Shown: in pieces, positions 34,653 through 49,880 of the stretch
Layout of the letters: the number at the start of each line of letters is the position of its first letter
How positions within the stretch are numbered: the stretch's first letter is position 1
Source: Tubulanus polymorphus
Taxonomy: Eukaryota; Animalia; Nemertea
NCBI RefSeq assembly: GCF_964204645.1
Contig: NC_134025.1
Coordinates: 10,664,001 to 10,728,000, forward strand
DNA length: 64,000 bases
Reading direction: 5' to 3'
Notes under the pieces: generated by a model
What the model was told of the DNA's origin: nothing
What the model saw: the letters and a program-made list of their open reading frames with translations, nothing else
The model's database searches: none
Translations under genes and position numbers: made by a program

Positions 34653-35379
34653 TTTCGACGCGCACTTACTATTTCCGGGTTGGCATCGTCAACATTTTAG
34701 AAAATTCAAAAGGGTCTATACTTCTCGTATTAACAACTTGTTCTACCAACTGAAGTAAGTGTAGTAGTAGTTTAGATTGTAGATGATAAGCCGTTGAAGC
34801 TAGTTTTTTCCTTAAATCTCATTTAAGGACGATCGTCCCGAGAATGATCTAGAACAAATTCAATCCAACTAATTTTATTACAATATGAGATAATGAGAAC
34901 AAACATTTAATGTCAGCCAGTAAATTAACAGAAATATACGATCGAGATTGATTGATTCATATTGTATTATAAATATAATTATTGAATTATAGCATATTAT
35001 TATGATGCTTTTTTGAGTAATGACTGAATACTGTTGATCAGTAATAGTAAAACATCCAAAGATTTTCAAATGGACAAATTAAAGACACTTTTTAGGGGTC
35101 CGCTTTTTAGTTTTATTTAGGAATATCTAAAAATGATGTATTTTGTTCTAAAAATTAGATCCAAAAACTAATTAGATCCAAAAACTAAATTCTGATATTT
35201 TTTCCTCTGATATTTTTTCCTACTTAACAAATCCTGGTGTTATTATCCGTGTGCTATTTCTACAGGGTACATTAAGCAGCTGACTAGAAAATTGGTAACT
35301 AACTAAGGGTGTATATGCCACAGTGGTTAATGTCATGCTTTTTTTCAAACTAATTCGGCTGATTTCATTTTAGACAATA

Positions 35380-38264
35380 ATGGTGAAGTTACACATTAAA
35401 AAAGGTGATGAAAGTCAGTTTCTATACGAAACCGTGACAACAACACCGATAAATGATGTACTGAACGATCTGACAGCGATTTTCAATGGAAGATTAAAAG
35501 TCGATCGGTTGTGCGAAGGTAAGTGGATTTAAATCCATTACTGGATGCAAAAATACATATGTAAATAAAGTTATCAATGTAAAAAACATTACAATAACGA
35601 TTTTCGCGGCGTCAGAAAATAGAATCTTGTAGGGGTTCAGGGACTCAAAAGATGGTTAAAGATAACCGGCGAATAAATACCTACCATAGTAACATTGAAC
35701 TTTTAATCGTCACTATATGTCAACTATCCACTGGTTAACTCTAAACATCTTTTGAGCGACGGACCCCGGGTATTTGTGAATATGACTATTTACCTGTAGT
35801 TGAAATGTTGAATAAACAACTAGCTCACATAATCATTTCGTACATTTTTCAATGTCATTTAAATGACTGTACGTTGGCAGAATTTCAAAAAAACTGATGA
35901 ATGTACCGATGAAATGATATTCTTGTTTCAGATATGAAAACTTTGGCTCAACACGGTACCATGTTACCACCAAATATGCAGGGATTGACCGACGAACAAA
36001 TTGTTGAATTGAAGTTGGTCGACGAATGGGCTATGAAATGCGTTCCCAGTGGAGGAAGCATCGTTTGCAGAGATGAAATTGGAAGAAGAAATGGTTGTGG
36101 TAAGCAAGTTATATGATTGCTCTGGAGAAAATGTCAGTTGAAATAAACAACAGGCTACATCTTTTGTTTCTTTTTTTTTTGCAGCGCCTAATGAGAAAAT
36201 GGCAGAGGTCCTGACAAAGACTGTTAAAGAAGCCAAAGATTTGATTTCTAAGGTAGATCTATCTCTATTGAAAAAGCTTTATAGGACTTTATATTTCGAA
36301 ATATTCAATGGGTTTGTTCTTCTGGCGAATAGCATAATTGATTCTCGATTTTGTGCCAGAGTCTCTTCCTGTATGCAGTGCCACTCAAAAATATAAGGTC
36401 TAAAAATGTTTCATTGAATAAACTACCGTCTCAAACATTTTCAGATTTTATACTTTTTGTTATTTTTGTGAGATTCTCTAAACTATCATCATAATACGGA
36501 TATAGTGTATTATCAATGGTTAATATAGTGCCAGTTTGGTTTAGTTGTAGTGTGCATTTTTCGCTATGAATTCGCATTTCAAGGATGAAAATTACACATT
36601 ACATGTTGTGTTCATATATTGGAAGTTTAACAACTTTTAACTTTCCTTTTGCAGAATCAATTAAAGGCGGATGTATGCTTGACCCAGGCTAAAGTACAAG
36701 ATGCGTTAGATATGCTTAGAGGTGCTGTTATGATCGTTTATCCGATGGGCCTTCCACCTCACGATCCAATCCGGCTGGAACTTGAAAATAACGAAGACCT
36801 TACCGGTACCCAGGTAAGGAATGATAGCGATAGTGACCGGCATATTATATCCGCAAGAACTCATGAAATACCAACAGAGAATAAGTTTATTAATTTTACA
36901 CATTCTTATCTTCACAGGCATCGTTAGAGGTTATCGAGCCGGCTAATTCGTCGTTATGGTGGGCTGGTAAAGAAATGATACGTGGAAAATTGTTGAAAGA
37001 TTTCATCGGCAGTAATGAGAAGACGAAAATAATCGCGAAATTACAAAAGGTTTGTTTTTGCCATAGAAACTGAAATGACTTAGCGGTGTCAGATACTGCT
37101 TTTATCGGCATTACTCGTAATATATAAATATCCATAATAATGAACATCTTTTCGTTATATGTGAGTAGAATTAAGGGGCGTTGATTTGCTCGCTTCTGAG
37201 CATGTTTTCGAAAGTAGAAATCTGTTGTAATTATTGAGGTCATTGAGAATGTGAAGGTTCTCATAGCTATGGTACTAAGCCTAATTTTGCTTTGTGATCC
37301 CAAATAATTTTTGACACCGCAGGATCCATTTTGGCTTGAATATTTGACCCTCTTCACTAGGGAAAATAGTGTTCCTTTCATTGATTTAAATCTATAGTCA
37401 TTTGTAGTGACTTTGATCCATGAATACGGAAAACCGGTGCCTGGGTATCAGATATTTTGATTATTAGCCAATCTTCAAAACGAGCTTTATGTCTACGTAT
37501 GTATATTTCCTTTTTAGAAGGGACAAGGAGCACCGGCTCGAGAAAAAGTAGTCAGCGAGGATGATCAGAAAAATATGATGGCGTATTACTATAAAAAGCA
37601 GGAGGAATTCAAGGTATTGTGCTTGCATGTTTTTAGGCATTTGGCAAGAGTTGAAGATTTTTCTGTACTCTGGTGCCTGCCATATGTAGTACAGGGTCCC
37701 TACAAAAATGCTTTTGAAGGTGCTTGAAACTCCTTTAATTTAATCAAAATACCCAAAACTCCTTTAAAACTTCTTCAATTTTGAGAAATAGACAATTAGA
37801 AATTTTTGGCTAGTTTGTAGTTGTACAGTAGACTACGCCTAAATCAGTACAGTGTTGGTACAAGGATTTTTCTTTGACCCAATTAGGCGAATTAAAACCC
37901 AAGTTTAGGTAGTGTATAAGATAACAATTTACTTAAAAACCACCGAATAATAGGTTTACCGAGATAAACAGTAGTATGATTTAGGAGTCTACAGTACAGT
38001 ATTTGGGATATGAAAGTGAGTACATACTCCTCAAAATTTAAAATATTCTTGAAAACTCCTTATATCCCGGAATAAACGATCTGTAGGGACCCTATAGTAG
38101 ATCGCGTAACATTCCGTCATCTAATCGTCCATCGTCTTTTTATCATATCACAGAAACTGGAAAAGGCGGAAGAAGATTCGTACCTCGACTCGCCCTGGTC
38201 AGACAATTCATCGCTGAAGAAACAATTCCATGGATTAGGAAACATTAAATGGGGACCGCGGTGA
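35380..38264 (+). CDS. CFAP298: Cilia- and flagella-associated protein 298 (C21orf59/Kurly). Exons: 35380-35518, 35932-36099, 36185-36252, 36655-36813, 36918-37049, 37518-37613, 38154-38264
   Basis: MVKLHIKKGDESQFLYET, LAQHGTMLPPNMQGLTDEQIVELKL, LRGAVMIVYPMGLPPHDPIR, LWWAGKE, NEKTKIIAKLQKKGQGAPARE, IKWGPR*; AATAAA at 38334. Confidence 0.95.
37692..38094. mobile_element. hAT-like MITE in the last CFAP298 intron
   Basis: Ends CAGGGTCCCTACA / TGTAGGGACCCTA; related end fragments near 11090-11279 and 62700-62783. Confidence 0.55.
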
Positions 38265-41200
38265 TGAATCCAGTTCCCCATATATGAAATTCATCTTACA
38301 TCTGTTTCATAGTCATTTCATTGCAAGGACATCAATAAACAACATTTTCTAGTGTTCATAAGAAAACCTGCATTTCTTGTATGCATTAAGTTCTATGACA
38401 ATAATAACCAGTACAAATTTGAACATAATTTTCTGTCATTTAATGAATTATTCTTTGTTGATTGAAAAGATTTCAACAGAAATTTATACGTGTGCTTGAA
38501 TCATTATAGCTCAGTTTAAATGCGCAATAGGACAGTCAAGACTTGAAACATCTACCATAGAATGATAACAGTAATTTTATTTTTTGAATAAATTATTTAT
38601 TAGCTCTTATGTATTGATTTTATGCTTTACGTGTTGTTTGAATTTCTATATTTGCCGAGCTAGTTATCATCTTCAATATTTTCAGTTCTCGAAGTTGCTA
38701 TTTTGAATGCTGATGCAGTCTTTAATTAGTGGGAAAATGGAAACATTCTGAATTATTCGGATTGTATCAAATTCTCAGAATTTCAACTTTAATTGCCCTG
38801 TGTTGGATCGAAGTTAGAAAAATAACTAAGAATAGCAACTTAAATACATGCAATCGGAACTGGGGGAAGATGTAGACAATAGGCTTTGGGCATCGCATTT
38901 CGGAATCATCCATCAAACATTTGTCAGCAACTGCTTTCTAGGTTCAAGCTTTGTGTCCTCCGGAGTTGTTTTGCTTTTAAATCTTGTACTCTTTGCACCT
39001 CTGGAGTGAAGGAAATCAAAATAAAAAAAGGGGGCCTAATCCAATAATGAAAGTTTATTAAAATGAAAATCTATTTACAATGGACAAAGTATCATAACAT
39101 CACTTCATGAAGTATACCAGTAATTCTTACAAAATGTTTAATTTGATTATCCATATAAAATGCAAGCACCTTGAAATAACATGTAATTGTACATTTTTTG
39201 GTGAAACATATAGCCCTACCGAGATGCCGTAACAAGAGAAGAATCAATAATACAATCTTAATTGAACATCTTTTTGAACACAATATTTAGTTATATATAA
39301 TAATAATATATAATTTCTCAAATGACCCGCATTAGTTACCAACATGGGTTTGAATTTAAACTAATAATCCAATAGTTTCAATTTTTGGTTTCACTTCTTA
39401 TCGCAAAAGATTATATTGTTGAAATAAAGCACGGGGAGATCCAAGAATATGAGAAAGGGGGTGCCAATGGTCTCATTTTCGAATTATGATCATGCGGTAG
39501 GCAGTGCAACGAAGGCGCGATGCACGAGAAAGGGGGTCTGCGGGTCCTACCCCAGAAAAATTTGATGCTTTCTGGTGCATTCTGAGCACTCCTGCTAAAA
39601 ACTAAAAGATCATAGTGATGAATTTTGTGTCAAAATGTCGAGCAATGTATCATCTTTACATACTCCTGATACTGACTATGTTTTTGAAATGTTTGGTGTG
39701 CCGAAAAAAGGGCCACGTGCCCCCCTCTGGATCCACCACTGTAAAGTACTATTAGTCAAAATAGATATCAACCAGTTGCTACCGTAATTAAAGCAAACGT
39801 CTCTATCAATCCAATTTCTCAAACAACTGATCATTAGTACTACGCACGAAAAATCTATCCTATATTTCTGCTTCGCGAAATAGAGGGATGTTGAAGTCTG
39901 ACAGCATTAGATGACTAGACATATCAAACTGGAGTAAAAATAGACTTGCATAGCTCGCAGTTCTTCTAGATACTGTTAGCATAAACAACCAACACAAATA
40001 ATGCATTTTTGTTGATTGTGCATAAATCCCACCGGCTTGTCTATCCATCAGTATAGCAACTACTCATCATTGTATACACAGGCGAGATAGAATACATACC
40101 TTAGGAGCGTACCAGTAACTTAATAATGCCTTAAATCTAATGACTGAACCTTATTACCGCATCATTTTAAGAATAATACCGATTGTGTAAACAATCATCA
40201 ACGGATATTTCAACTTGCGTGTATTTTCACTCGACTCACTGAATAATTATTGACATTAAATGGTGCATAAATCCAAGCACTTCTCAGCATTTATAGGATT
40301 ACTCTATTAATCTGAATGCCAATCCCCAAAATACATTAAATATGTAATTGATTTCAGCATAACTACGTACTTACTGAGGGGAGCTCCAGGGTCATATATC
40401 TGAGCCTTGGCTCTTATTTTCATCACAGAATAAATACGTTTTTGCACGAATCTATGATTTTAACAAAGATATAAAAACATGTTTTTGAAGGCTCAAAGGA
40501 TTTCATATACATCGATGAAATCAGCTTTACAGCACAGAGCTAATTACAAAAAGGGTAATTAATTAATACCACTTATGAACTTTCATCATATACCATAGCA
40601 TAAGGCATAAAATGCATTAGAAAGAGAATAATATTTACAACGAATGAAAAGATTTATGAACTCACAAATAAAGATGAATAATAAATAAGCTATAAATATT
40701 AACCCTTCGCTAAGTTACTAAAAGAACGACTATGACTAGATTAAGAAAATTTACACAGTGTTTTTTTAAGTACTACGAAACATAGAAATTACAAATGTTA
40801 TTCAATATCAACAAATCACATCAGTGGAATGTTTCATTTATCCAAAAATGATGTTTTTATCTCATAAGACCAGGCTTATTTTGTGTTTTAGTGGCTTTTG
40901 AAGTCCGGGTGGAACTGCAAGAAGTCTGTTGGTATAATATCCCGGGGACACTTTGCACAGTCATGGCTGAGACTTAAGACCAACCGACCAATCAGTCTTA
41001 AAAATTAAAGCCACTTCTGGACTTAACTCTCAACTGTGGAACAGGTCCCAATTTCAGGTTTTGGGCAAAATAACCCTTATATTTTGAAATTTCAGTTATT
41101 ATACCATCATGTTTGATGATTCATCGCTAGGGGTAACATGGATTCCCAGTCTATCACACGGTTTCTGGTCCCCGACATTTTTTTACCACCTCCCTGGGTG

Positions 41201-41814
41201 TCATATGGGTAAGTAAATGAATCAAATGAAATTTTAATCATGGATTAATTCTAATGCATTTTTCTATCAAAATCATTTGTAGACAGATGTAAATGCTACA
41301 ACCTCAGTAGACTAGTTAACTGTTAACTTAAATAAGCCTGGCCTCCCTGGAAATAGCATTATGAAACATACATTTGAAAGTGCAATCTTTCAAGCGATGT
41401 GATTGTCATTCATATATCAGACTTGACGAAAGTCAAGTATTTCAATAGCACAAACTTAAATGGCCCAATCATAGACGGATCAGATAAAATATTTCTGAAT
41501 CTTAATCATAATTTTGGACCCAATTACATAAAAACAAATGTATTGGTAACTTTTATTCAAATGAGCACCCTGATTTTTTCCGACCAGCACTTTCCATTCT
41601 ACCACGTGTTGGTCTCTCATTTCATTGTGGCCCACTAGAGATAGTATGTTAACTGGGAGACGCCAGATTTATGCGAACACCGCAGCTGAATATCTGTAGA
41701 GTAAGAGCATGTTCCCTCGATCGATATCCGAAAAAGATTCATCGTTTCGATTACGTAAAGCACCAATAACTTCTTCCCAAGATAAAGCTCTAAGACTAAG
41801 TTCCCGCGTCGGCA

Positions 41815-44800
41815 TCAAGTGTAATAATGATTCAATGTTCGCGTACCGATCGGATCGGAGCTGCGTAAGGGCACGCGACTGTTATAACGTATCACCTCCA
41901 CCGCGCCGTCGCTTCTCGTCGTTTCGATAGAACCTGGTTCCTCCATCAAAAACGTCCGTTCGAGCGTCACCGGCAACGAGGAGTTACTTTCGAGCACCAG
42001 CGGTTCGCTTATTCCGTTGGGAGTTGCAGCCGTCGTCGTATCGGTGACGTCCATTTTGCTTTTACGTTTTCTCACGTACGCAACGATTTTGAAAATAACG
42101 ACAAACAACACGAGTAGCAGTCCGCCGCAGGCTCCCAATACAAAGTACAGAATAGCCTTTTCACTATGATCTGTAAGAAATAATGAAAACAATAAAATCA
42201 CTGAATCAATGCAAATACCATCTCCCTCGGCGGGGATTAGAACCTGATTGCATCGCAAGACGCTGCCACAGTTAATCATTACCAGTAACTCCTCTCCAAA
42301 AAAATGAAAAAGTTTGTTTTTACCAAATACCAGAACTTACCTGATATAAAACGAGCTGTACTGATCCAATCTGTTATGAACCCAATCGTAAATTCTGCCC
42401 ACTTCGCGGATACGGTATTATTACAGTTTTCGGAATCTGAAAAACGGAAAAAAGTATGAATGAATTTGCTATTTCTGGATTATCAATCAATTAAGCGATA
42501 GAAATTGAATAATTCAAATTAAAAGATCGAGAATCCAGATGTTTATGATATGATAATTAAATATTGACAGTGAGTGACAGCATGACTGGACTAGTTCCAT
42601 AGCTCAACAAATTTGGAAAGTCAAATAATGATCAAATTGATTTTTACACAAGAGTTGACTTATTCATACCTGTGGAAGGAACTGAATCCTTTTAAAGTAG
42701 GTAACTGTAGGTAGTATTAGATCAATTGTGTGTTCTAACTAACTTACTTTTGTGTGAATTTTAATTTTTTTTCTACATGTTTTTAGAAATAATAATGATA
42801 AATCTCTAATTATGTGTCATGGAACAGTTCTCACAACACAATGTACAAATGTAGTTTATTGTTAATAATGATAACTTGTATTATTTACTTGTACTTTAAG
42901 TAATCATTATCATCATCATTATTATTACTTTCATCATCATTGTTATCAATATCATCATCATTATTGACAATTATAAAACGGTGTCATAAAAAAATCATAG
43001 AGCGTTAAATTTAAAGGTTACGATAATAAATATAGCTGCAAAGCGGCGATAAGAGGTTTTCTGCTTAACAGCCACCCTTCACAATGAAGTGTACTATAAA
43101 AATTGGAAAACAAGTGGCTTTGGTGCTGCAACTATAAATATTTATCACCACAGAGGCACCTGATGCTATGTCACTTAACCCTCAGCATTCTAAATACCAT
43201 TCAAATTAATTTCTTTACATAAGGTTCTTAAAAGGGCTAGCCTAGGGTATGTTGCAGTGTTGGCCCTGTAGTGGTCACTGATCAGACTGTTTTGGAGTAG
43301 CTAAATCTGTACTGGGGTTCACGGTTTAAATTGTTTTTACTCTGCTGTTGCACCATTATTTGGGTGTTAATGTTTTTTTTTGCGATTTAGGTACTCTTTC
43401 TCTACCTCTTTAGATCATTAAATCATGCAATGAAGTTAATTTGCATATATATCAATCATAACTATGTTTTCTGATGGAAGTTTCATTTTTCATATACCAG
43501 CAGTCGACACGTAATATTCTCATGCTCTAGAAATATAGTGTAACATTCATGCTTTATCATCTCAGAGACTAAGAGAGAGGGAGATATGGAATTCATAAGA
43601 TAACATGATATAATATTTCCATATTATCACTGTGAAGCTAGTGTAGCGCGGTAAAATATTGAGATAAAAATCAAGTCGGTATCAACTGCCGAAGGTATAT
43701 GCGTACAAAAACACGCACACATATTTCTGAGTGTCTTACCTGAAGGAGCAGTTTCATTCGGATACGTTTGAACTCGCGATGTCGGCGATGGTTTGGTTTT
43801 GCTTCCGGCTCCCCAGTCCGGATTTACAGACTGGTCTCGAGACGCATCGTCGTTGGAATGCACATGACCTCCAGAAACTGGGTCGCCCTTGAACACTTTG
43901 AGAATTTTCTTAGGAACTATTAATGAAAAAGTCAAGTAATAAGTAATGAGAATATTCGTCAATGTAGAAAAAAATACCTGGCATGAATAAGTAATTAGTT
44001 TAAAAAGATTTAAAGGATAACAAAATCTACTGAACAACTCTAGTCAGAAAATACTACCATTAAATTTCTTAAACAACTTATCTTAAACAACACATTAATA
44101 TCATTCCATTTTTTCTTTTACAAAATTTATGATGAAATATTCATCTAAAGATAAAGATGATGTCTGAAACTTTGTCTTTCAATTTTTTATCGGATCATCT
44201 CTTGTACACGTCTGGGTGTGCTTATTCTAATATTTATTCAAGATATACTGGTCGAAATTTAATTACTACTTTACTACTGATCATGAATTGTACTTTAACT
44301 AGGAATAGACTAATAATATGTTATTAATAGTAAGAAATTAAAGTAGAGTTAGGGTTAGGGTCGAAATTGCATTGAAACTTGATTACAGCAAACTGATTGT
44401 AGATTGATAATAGAAATATTAAATCTATTTATGTAAGTATTAAGTAAAGAAATTTAGAAAAAATTTAAATTGGGGAAACTTAGGGGTACCAAAATACAGC
44501 CAAATACAATAGTAAGTTGGAAATTTAATAGAAACATCATTGATAAAATGACTGATAACTACAGTCAAGTTAAATCTATGTATGTAAATAATTTTTTCCC
44601 TGTGGCATTTTTTCCTACCTTACAAAAAGTGGCATTTTTACTGGCGGCATTTTTACCGGTGGCATTTTTACCTACAATCGGTTGACTCTTATGGTGCCAT
44701 CTACATTTCTCATTTATTCCCATTGAATTAAGACAAACCATGGATTAACTTTGTGTAGATATAGATGTCCACATATATCCCAACCCCTCACTCATAAGAA

Positions 44801-47800
44801 TACATGAATATTCAATGCCAATTACAATTCATCTTATGATAACAATTCAAACAAAAGATTCGAAATGTATTCCAATTAATTTCCAGGTGTGTTCATCTGT
44901 AGGAATTGTGTCTCAAGGCATAAACCATGTCATTTCTTAGTCGGAAACTAATTTGCCTACTAATGCCAATATTAACATAGTAAATAGACCAGATTTAGTT
45001 ACTATTATAGCAAGACACATAAAGCCCTAGTAAAGCTAATGCTAGCCTCAGGGCAGTTTTTCACTAGGACATCCCTGATTTGCTATCTACCTAACAAGGG
45101 AACCACTGGTCAAATGATACCAGAATATTGACACTTTGGTGGCGTCTATAGTAAATTTAGGAAATTTCATATTTCAATAAACTGGAAATAGTCTAAGTTT
45201 GTACTTGAAACATATTGAGTGCCAGGTATAGTGTTGATTGTTGACAAACAATACATAATGTCAAATACATGAGGAAAGACTTCCTGCTTTATAGATATGA
45301 ACAGATTGATTCAGTCAGAGCTATATAGGAACAGATGTCCACAGACCCAGGCACTTTTGCTAAATCCCAAGTGGACATACTGAGTTAATGAACAGTTAGA
45401 TACTCAGAAAATTATCTGCACTGTGTCGTGGTAAATGCAGAAGTGACAAATCTGCCAGGTTCATACCAACTGAGAAACTGGCTCCCCAGGAGAGTTGTCA
45501 ATTGATGAAATCAAACTCATTCATTGACACTAAAGCTCGAACCACTCTGAAATATACTTCTCAGCGCCAAACGCATTCATAACTTGGTACGGTCTAAATT
45601 GCTACACACTCTACTGTCGTGAGCATAACTTATACAACATGACTGGAATGAACTAAAACTAGCAACAAGACCTTTGATGTGCACATATCTGATACAAACA
45701 AATCGGAGACCGAGCTTTAGGTGCATATGATACTGTACCTAAACTTCAAGCACAAACTTGATAGATAGATAGCAAATCAGCATCGAACGCAAACATTGTA
45801 TCGAAAGCTTTGAAGCTTTTGACAGTCGATACAAAAAAAAAGCTGATGTTCGTCTATCATGATCTTACTTACCGCACACATAAATTACGCTCAGGTATTT
45901 TCTTGTTCCCATCGGACAAGGATCGTTTTTAAAGACAGTTCGATCCACCGATACTTGACAGCGTTTTTTACCGTGGCATCTTCTCATCATTATATCGACG
46001 GTCCCTTCCGCTTGGCAATCTACAGAAATATACATTTGATCATCTATTCATAAGATAATTAACATCGAGCCCAATTCGGCCAAACTTATCCCTTGCGCAA
46101 ATGCTTTAACGTCATTATCTGTATGATAAACATATATACTGTAAGGTAATGTTAGACCAAAACAGCAAAGTTAAGATTTGGTAGTGTTTTAGATTCAGAA
46201 CGACTTACCTGTTTCAATTCCATCTCTACCAGCTGGACATTTGCTATTTCCTTGCCTCGGCATGCGGCCATAAGTTGCGGAATATATAGCAATCCGATGG
46301 GACCTTTTCGTACATTGAATCACCATTTCGTGTCCTTCGCAGACTATTTTGCTGTCAAATTCAGCTGAAAATATTCAATTCAATATTGATTCAGTACGAT
46401 AAGCTTTTTAATAGGTTGCACGAAATTATTTGAAATTTGTTGATTGTCTAAAAATATATCTATTAAAACACCTGAGGCCGGTTTTATGGACTGCTGTATC
46501 CAGTTCCACAGTTGTGAGTTAAGATTTAACTGAGTTAACTCATTGAAAATGAACTAGTTTTAACTCAGAACTGTGGAACTGGGTCCAGGTCTCTACTTTA
46601 ATCTAGGGGTTAATTCAATTCATAGTCGATCGAATAAAACCCCTCGGCAAACTTGAATACACGTCTTTAAAAACTATCTCTGAGCCCATTTTCAAGTCAA
46701 GAATGAGCACATTGCCTTTAGGAACTAGTTATAATTTCATTATGAGGAACCTGCGCAGTTCTAAACTATTCAAATGAGTCAACATTGTCAGCGTATTCAT
46801 CAAAGGTTCCCCAACACCTTTCTTTCTTAAAACTCCCTGGTTACTTTTTGATATTTGCAACATTTTTTGAGCCAATCTTTTTGCTTAGTCTCCTGGCCTA
46901 TATACACGTACTTCATTGTCTAAGTTGCTTCAAACAATTGTTTCTCAGTTAAAAATTGAACACATCAAACAAAAGCGATAAAAAGTATTTCTTGTATGAT
47001 ACTACACGCATAATATGATATAATACCCAAGAAATCAAAAGCAGCGATTTCTTTTTTTGAATGAATGCCAAACATATCAAGATCGAAAATGTACTAGCAT
47101 ATAACCTATGATGCAGTAACAATTTCTTCAGTGCACAAGCAAACTGAAAGTTGTTCAACAACGATATATGATACCAAGGTAAATAAAAGAACTGGCAACT
47201 AACACAACTTTTTGAAAGGTTAAATGTGATTTTTCCACCATTTAATCGGTGTATTTCACGCCGATGGGCAGAAAATTTCTTTATATACACACATATACTG
47301 GAACAACTTTATCCATCCAACATTGTTTCTCCGAACTATCTGAACAAGAAGTTAATCCAAGGCTTGGCACTAATGCCCTCCCATCCTGTGCCAATACATA
47401 ATAGACCTTGCAAACGGATGGTTGGAATGGTTGGAAATGGATAGGGATACTTTTCAACTCCCAATTCTCAACGGAGGTCAAATGTTGACAAATTTACATA
47501 TATGGCAGTTTGCTCAGATCTCGGAGTACTCAAATGATAACTCCAAGCTCAGATTTTCTTCAACACGGCAGGTTCCTTTGACCTACTATCAGTGGTTAAG
47601 AAAAACCCTGGGATTCACTAGGTCCTTCATATGGGTCAATCCATTAATTAACCCAAAGGTGAAAAGTTTAAACTGGTCCATTATATCTGATGCCATTAAC
47701 AAATAGTCCACACATCATGTACTGATCATAGTTATATAAACAACCAGCTTGAAAATAAGACCAATCAAAATTGTTTTTAAGATGGCAACAACTTTCATCG

Positions 47801-49669
47801 TAGATTTATTGCCTAAATTCATTTCCTAGAAATTGAACAAATACAGCATTATCAGCTTCATTCCAAAATTTCATTACCCCTTTACCAACAACGAACTATG
47901 GTACACTCCGTGCAAGTAGCCTAAGACCTTTTTTGGACTGTAGAAATTTGTCCCGCTTTACCGATACGCCAGTTGATACCGATAGTTTCCACGAAGAATT
48001 TCTCCATTTCAAGTGAACTCGCCGAGGAATGAAGGTAACAGTTATATACATACATCAATCAAACAATCGATCATATCAATCGTTATAGCAATTACAATAA
48101 CCTCTTACTGATCGTACTCACTCGGTTTGCACTTATAGTTCACCTCCAAATACTTGGTCGTTCCCGGACAAGGATCAGTTCGGCCGAACACGTCGGACGA
48201 TGCTTCGACTTTACAGCGCCGTTTATCCTCGCATAGTCCAACTACCGCCTAAAACAATAATAATTATGATAATAATCATAATAATAATAATAATAATAAT
48301 AATTTATAATAACAGTCATTCATATAGCGCAGGTATCCTAAACAGAGTCTAGTTCAAATGCGCTCCAAATTGGTATTATTTGCCCCAGCCTACTCTATTC
48401 CATGTTTCAGTCATCTCTCCCTGGGAAGAAGTAACATCCGAGCAACTACTAGGCGCTCAGGAGTCATCTACTGCATAGGCCAGGTACCCATTTACTCTTG
48501 GGTGGAGAGGGGTGATGACGATAAGTATCTTGCTCGAGGACACTACGGTAATGTATGGGGTTCCAACCCACGACCTGGTTTTCCAGGGTCAAATGCTCTA
48601 ACCTCTTGGCAGAAATAATTGAAAAGAAAAACGCTATCTTCAATTTTGAAATAACCTCCGCAACTTGCTCATCTCTGGAAGAGCTCTGTACTGAGAACCA
48701 TGATTTGCGGTTGAATTTGACTCCTAAGATTTAATATTAGTTCGTCCATATCAAAGATTGTAAAAGAGTCACTTTAAGATCATTGAAGCCATGGGCATCG
48801 TTAGAAATTTTAGCGGGGAGATCGAATCAGTAATATCTGGAACACAAGTGCCAAAGGAGTGAGCCGGATGCTTGACTTGGGGGTCAGGTCCTATACACTC
48901 CCCATGGAGGTGACGCCCATGGAAGCTTCAATTTCTTTCTGCACAACGTCGAAAAGATCAATCGGTCATTTGAGAAAACATCGTTAGTTAAGTCTTTGGA
49001 CACTATGGTAACGAGTCCTCTTTATTATATATATCCTTAGTTTGTGATTGGAGTCCAAGGTTTGCGTAAAAACAAAATGATATGGAACCCGACAATAACA
49101 CTTGGTTTCTTCGTTAACTTCCAGGTACTGAGTTAAGTTTTCTGCGGTTTTGTTTGATGAAGAATACGTTCAACCAGTTGTTGTAAATGTTGAAGTTAGT
49201 GGTGAATATCTCTCTCTCTCCACCATCTATATAGACTTCAAACTACCGGTCGTATCTCTCCGAGAATAGAACAACAACATCGAACTTATACTACTCAGAA
49301 TTCTGTTTCAATAGTCGGCGCAGGTGATAAACACATATACTAGAAATCTCTTGAAAAAATTCTACAACTGGCATCAAACTTTTTTAAATCTAACTACGAA
49401 TTCCAACTTCAGCTCATCACAAATTTTGAGATACATTTAATGATAATATTTGTGAGAAATCATTATTGGCGATGAGTTCTGATAAGATTACAGATTACAC
49501 TACAGTAAAACTTGATTTATCCCGGTTATATCCTATCTAATCAAGATATTCCTAAAGGTCCACCTACAGTATAAAATGAAAGTAGTGAAAATATGTTCTT
49601 TAATTCGGATCTCCCATAAAGCGGATAGATTATCAATCACTTCCAACTGATATGGATCAAGCAGGGATC

Positions 49670-49718
<49 letters not shown>

Positions 49719-49831
49719 TAATAATGATGATAATAATAATAATATAATAATAATAATAAATAATAATAATGATGATAATAATAATAATAAATAATAATAA
49801 TGATGATAATAATAATAATAATAATAATAAT

Positions 49832-49880
<49 letters not shown>

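Noticed and set aside
41635-41814. 59 open codons after the EVA1 stop (possible readthrough)
   Set aside because: TGA-T is not a leaky context, the existing C-terminus looks like the family end, and chance is plausible
42670-43526. Possible EVA1 microexons (29 nt near 43498-43526; 12 or 19 nt ending at 42670)
   Set aside because: The gene splices in frame without them and several alternative boundaries fit; needs RNA-seq
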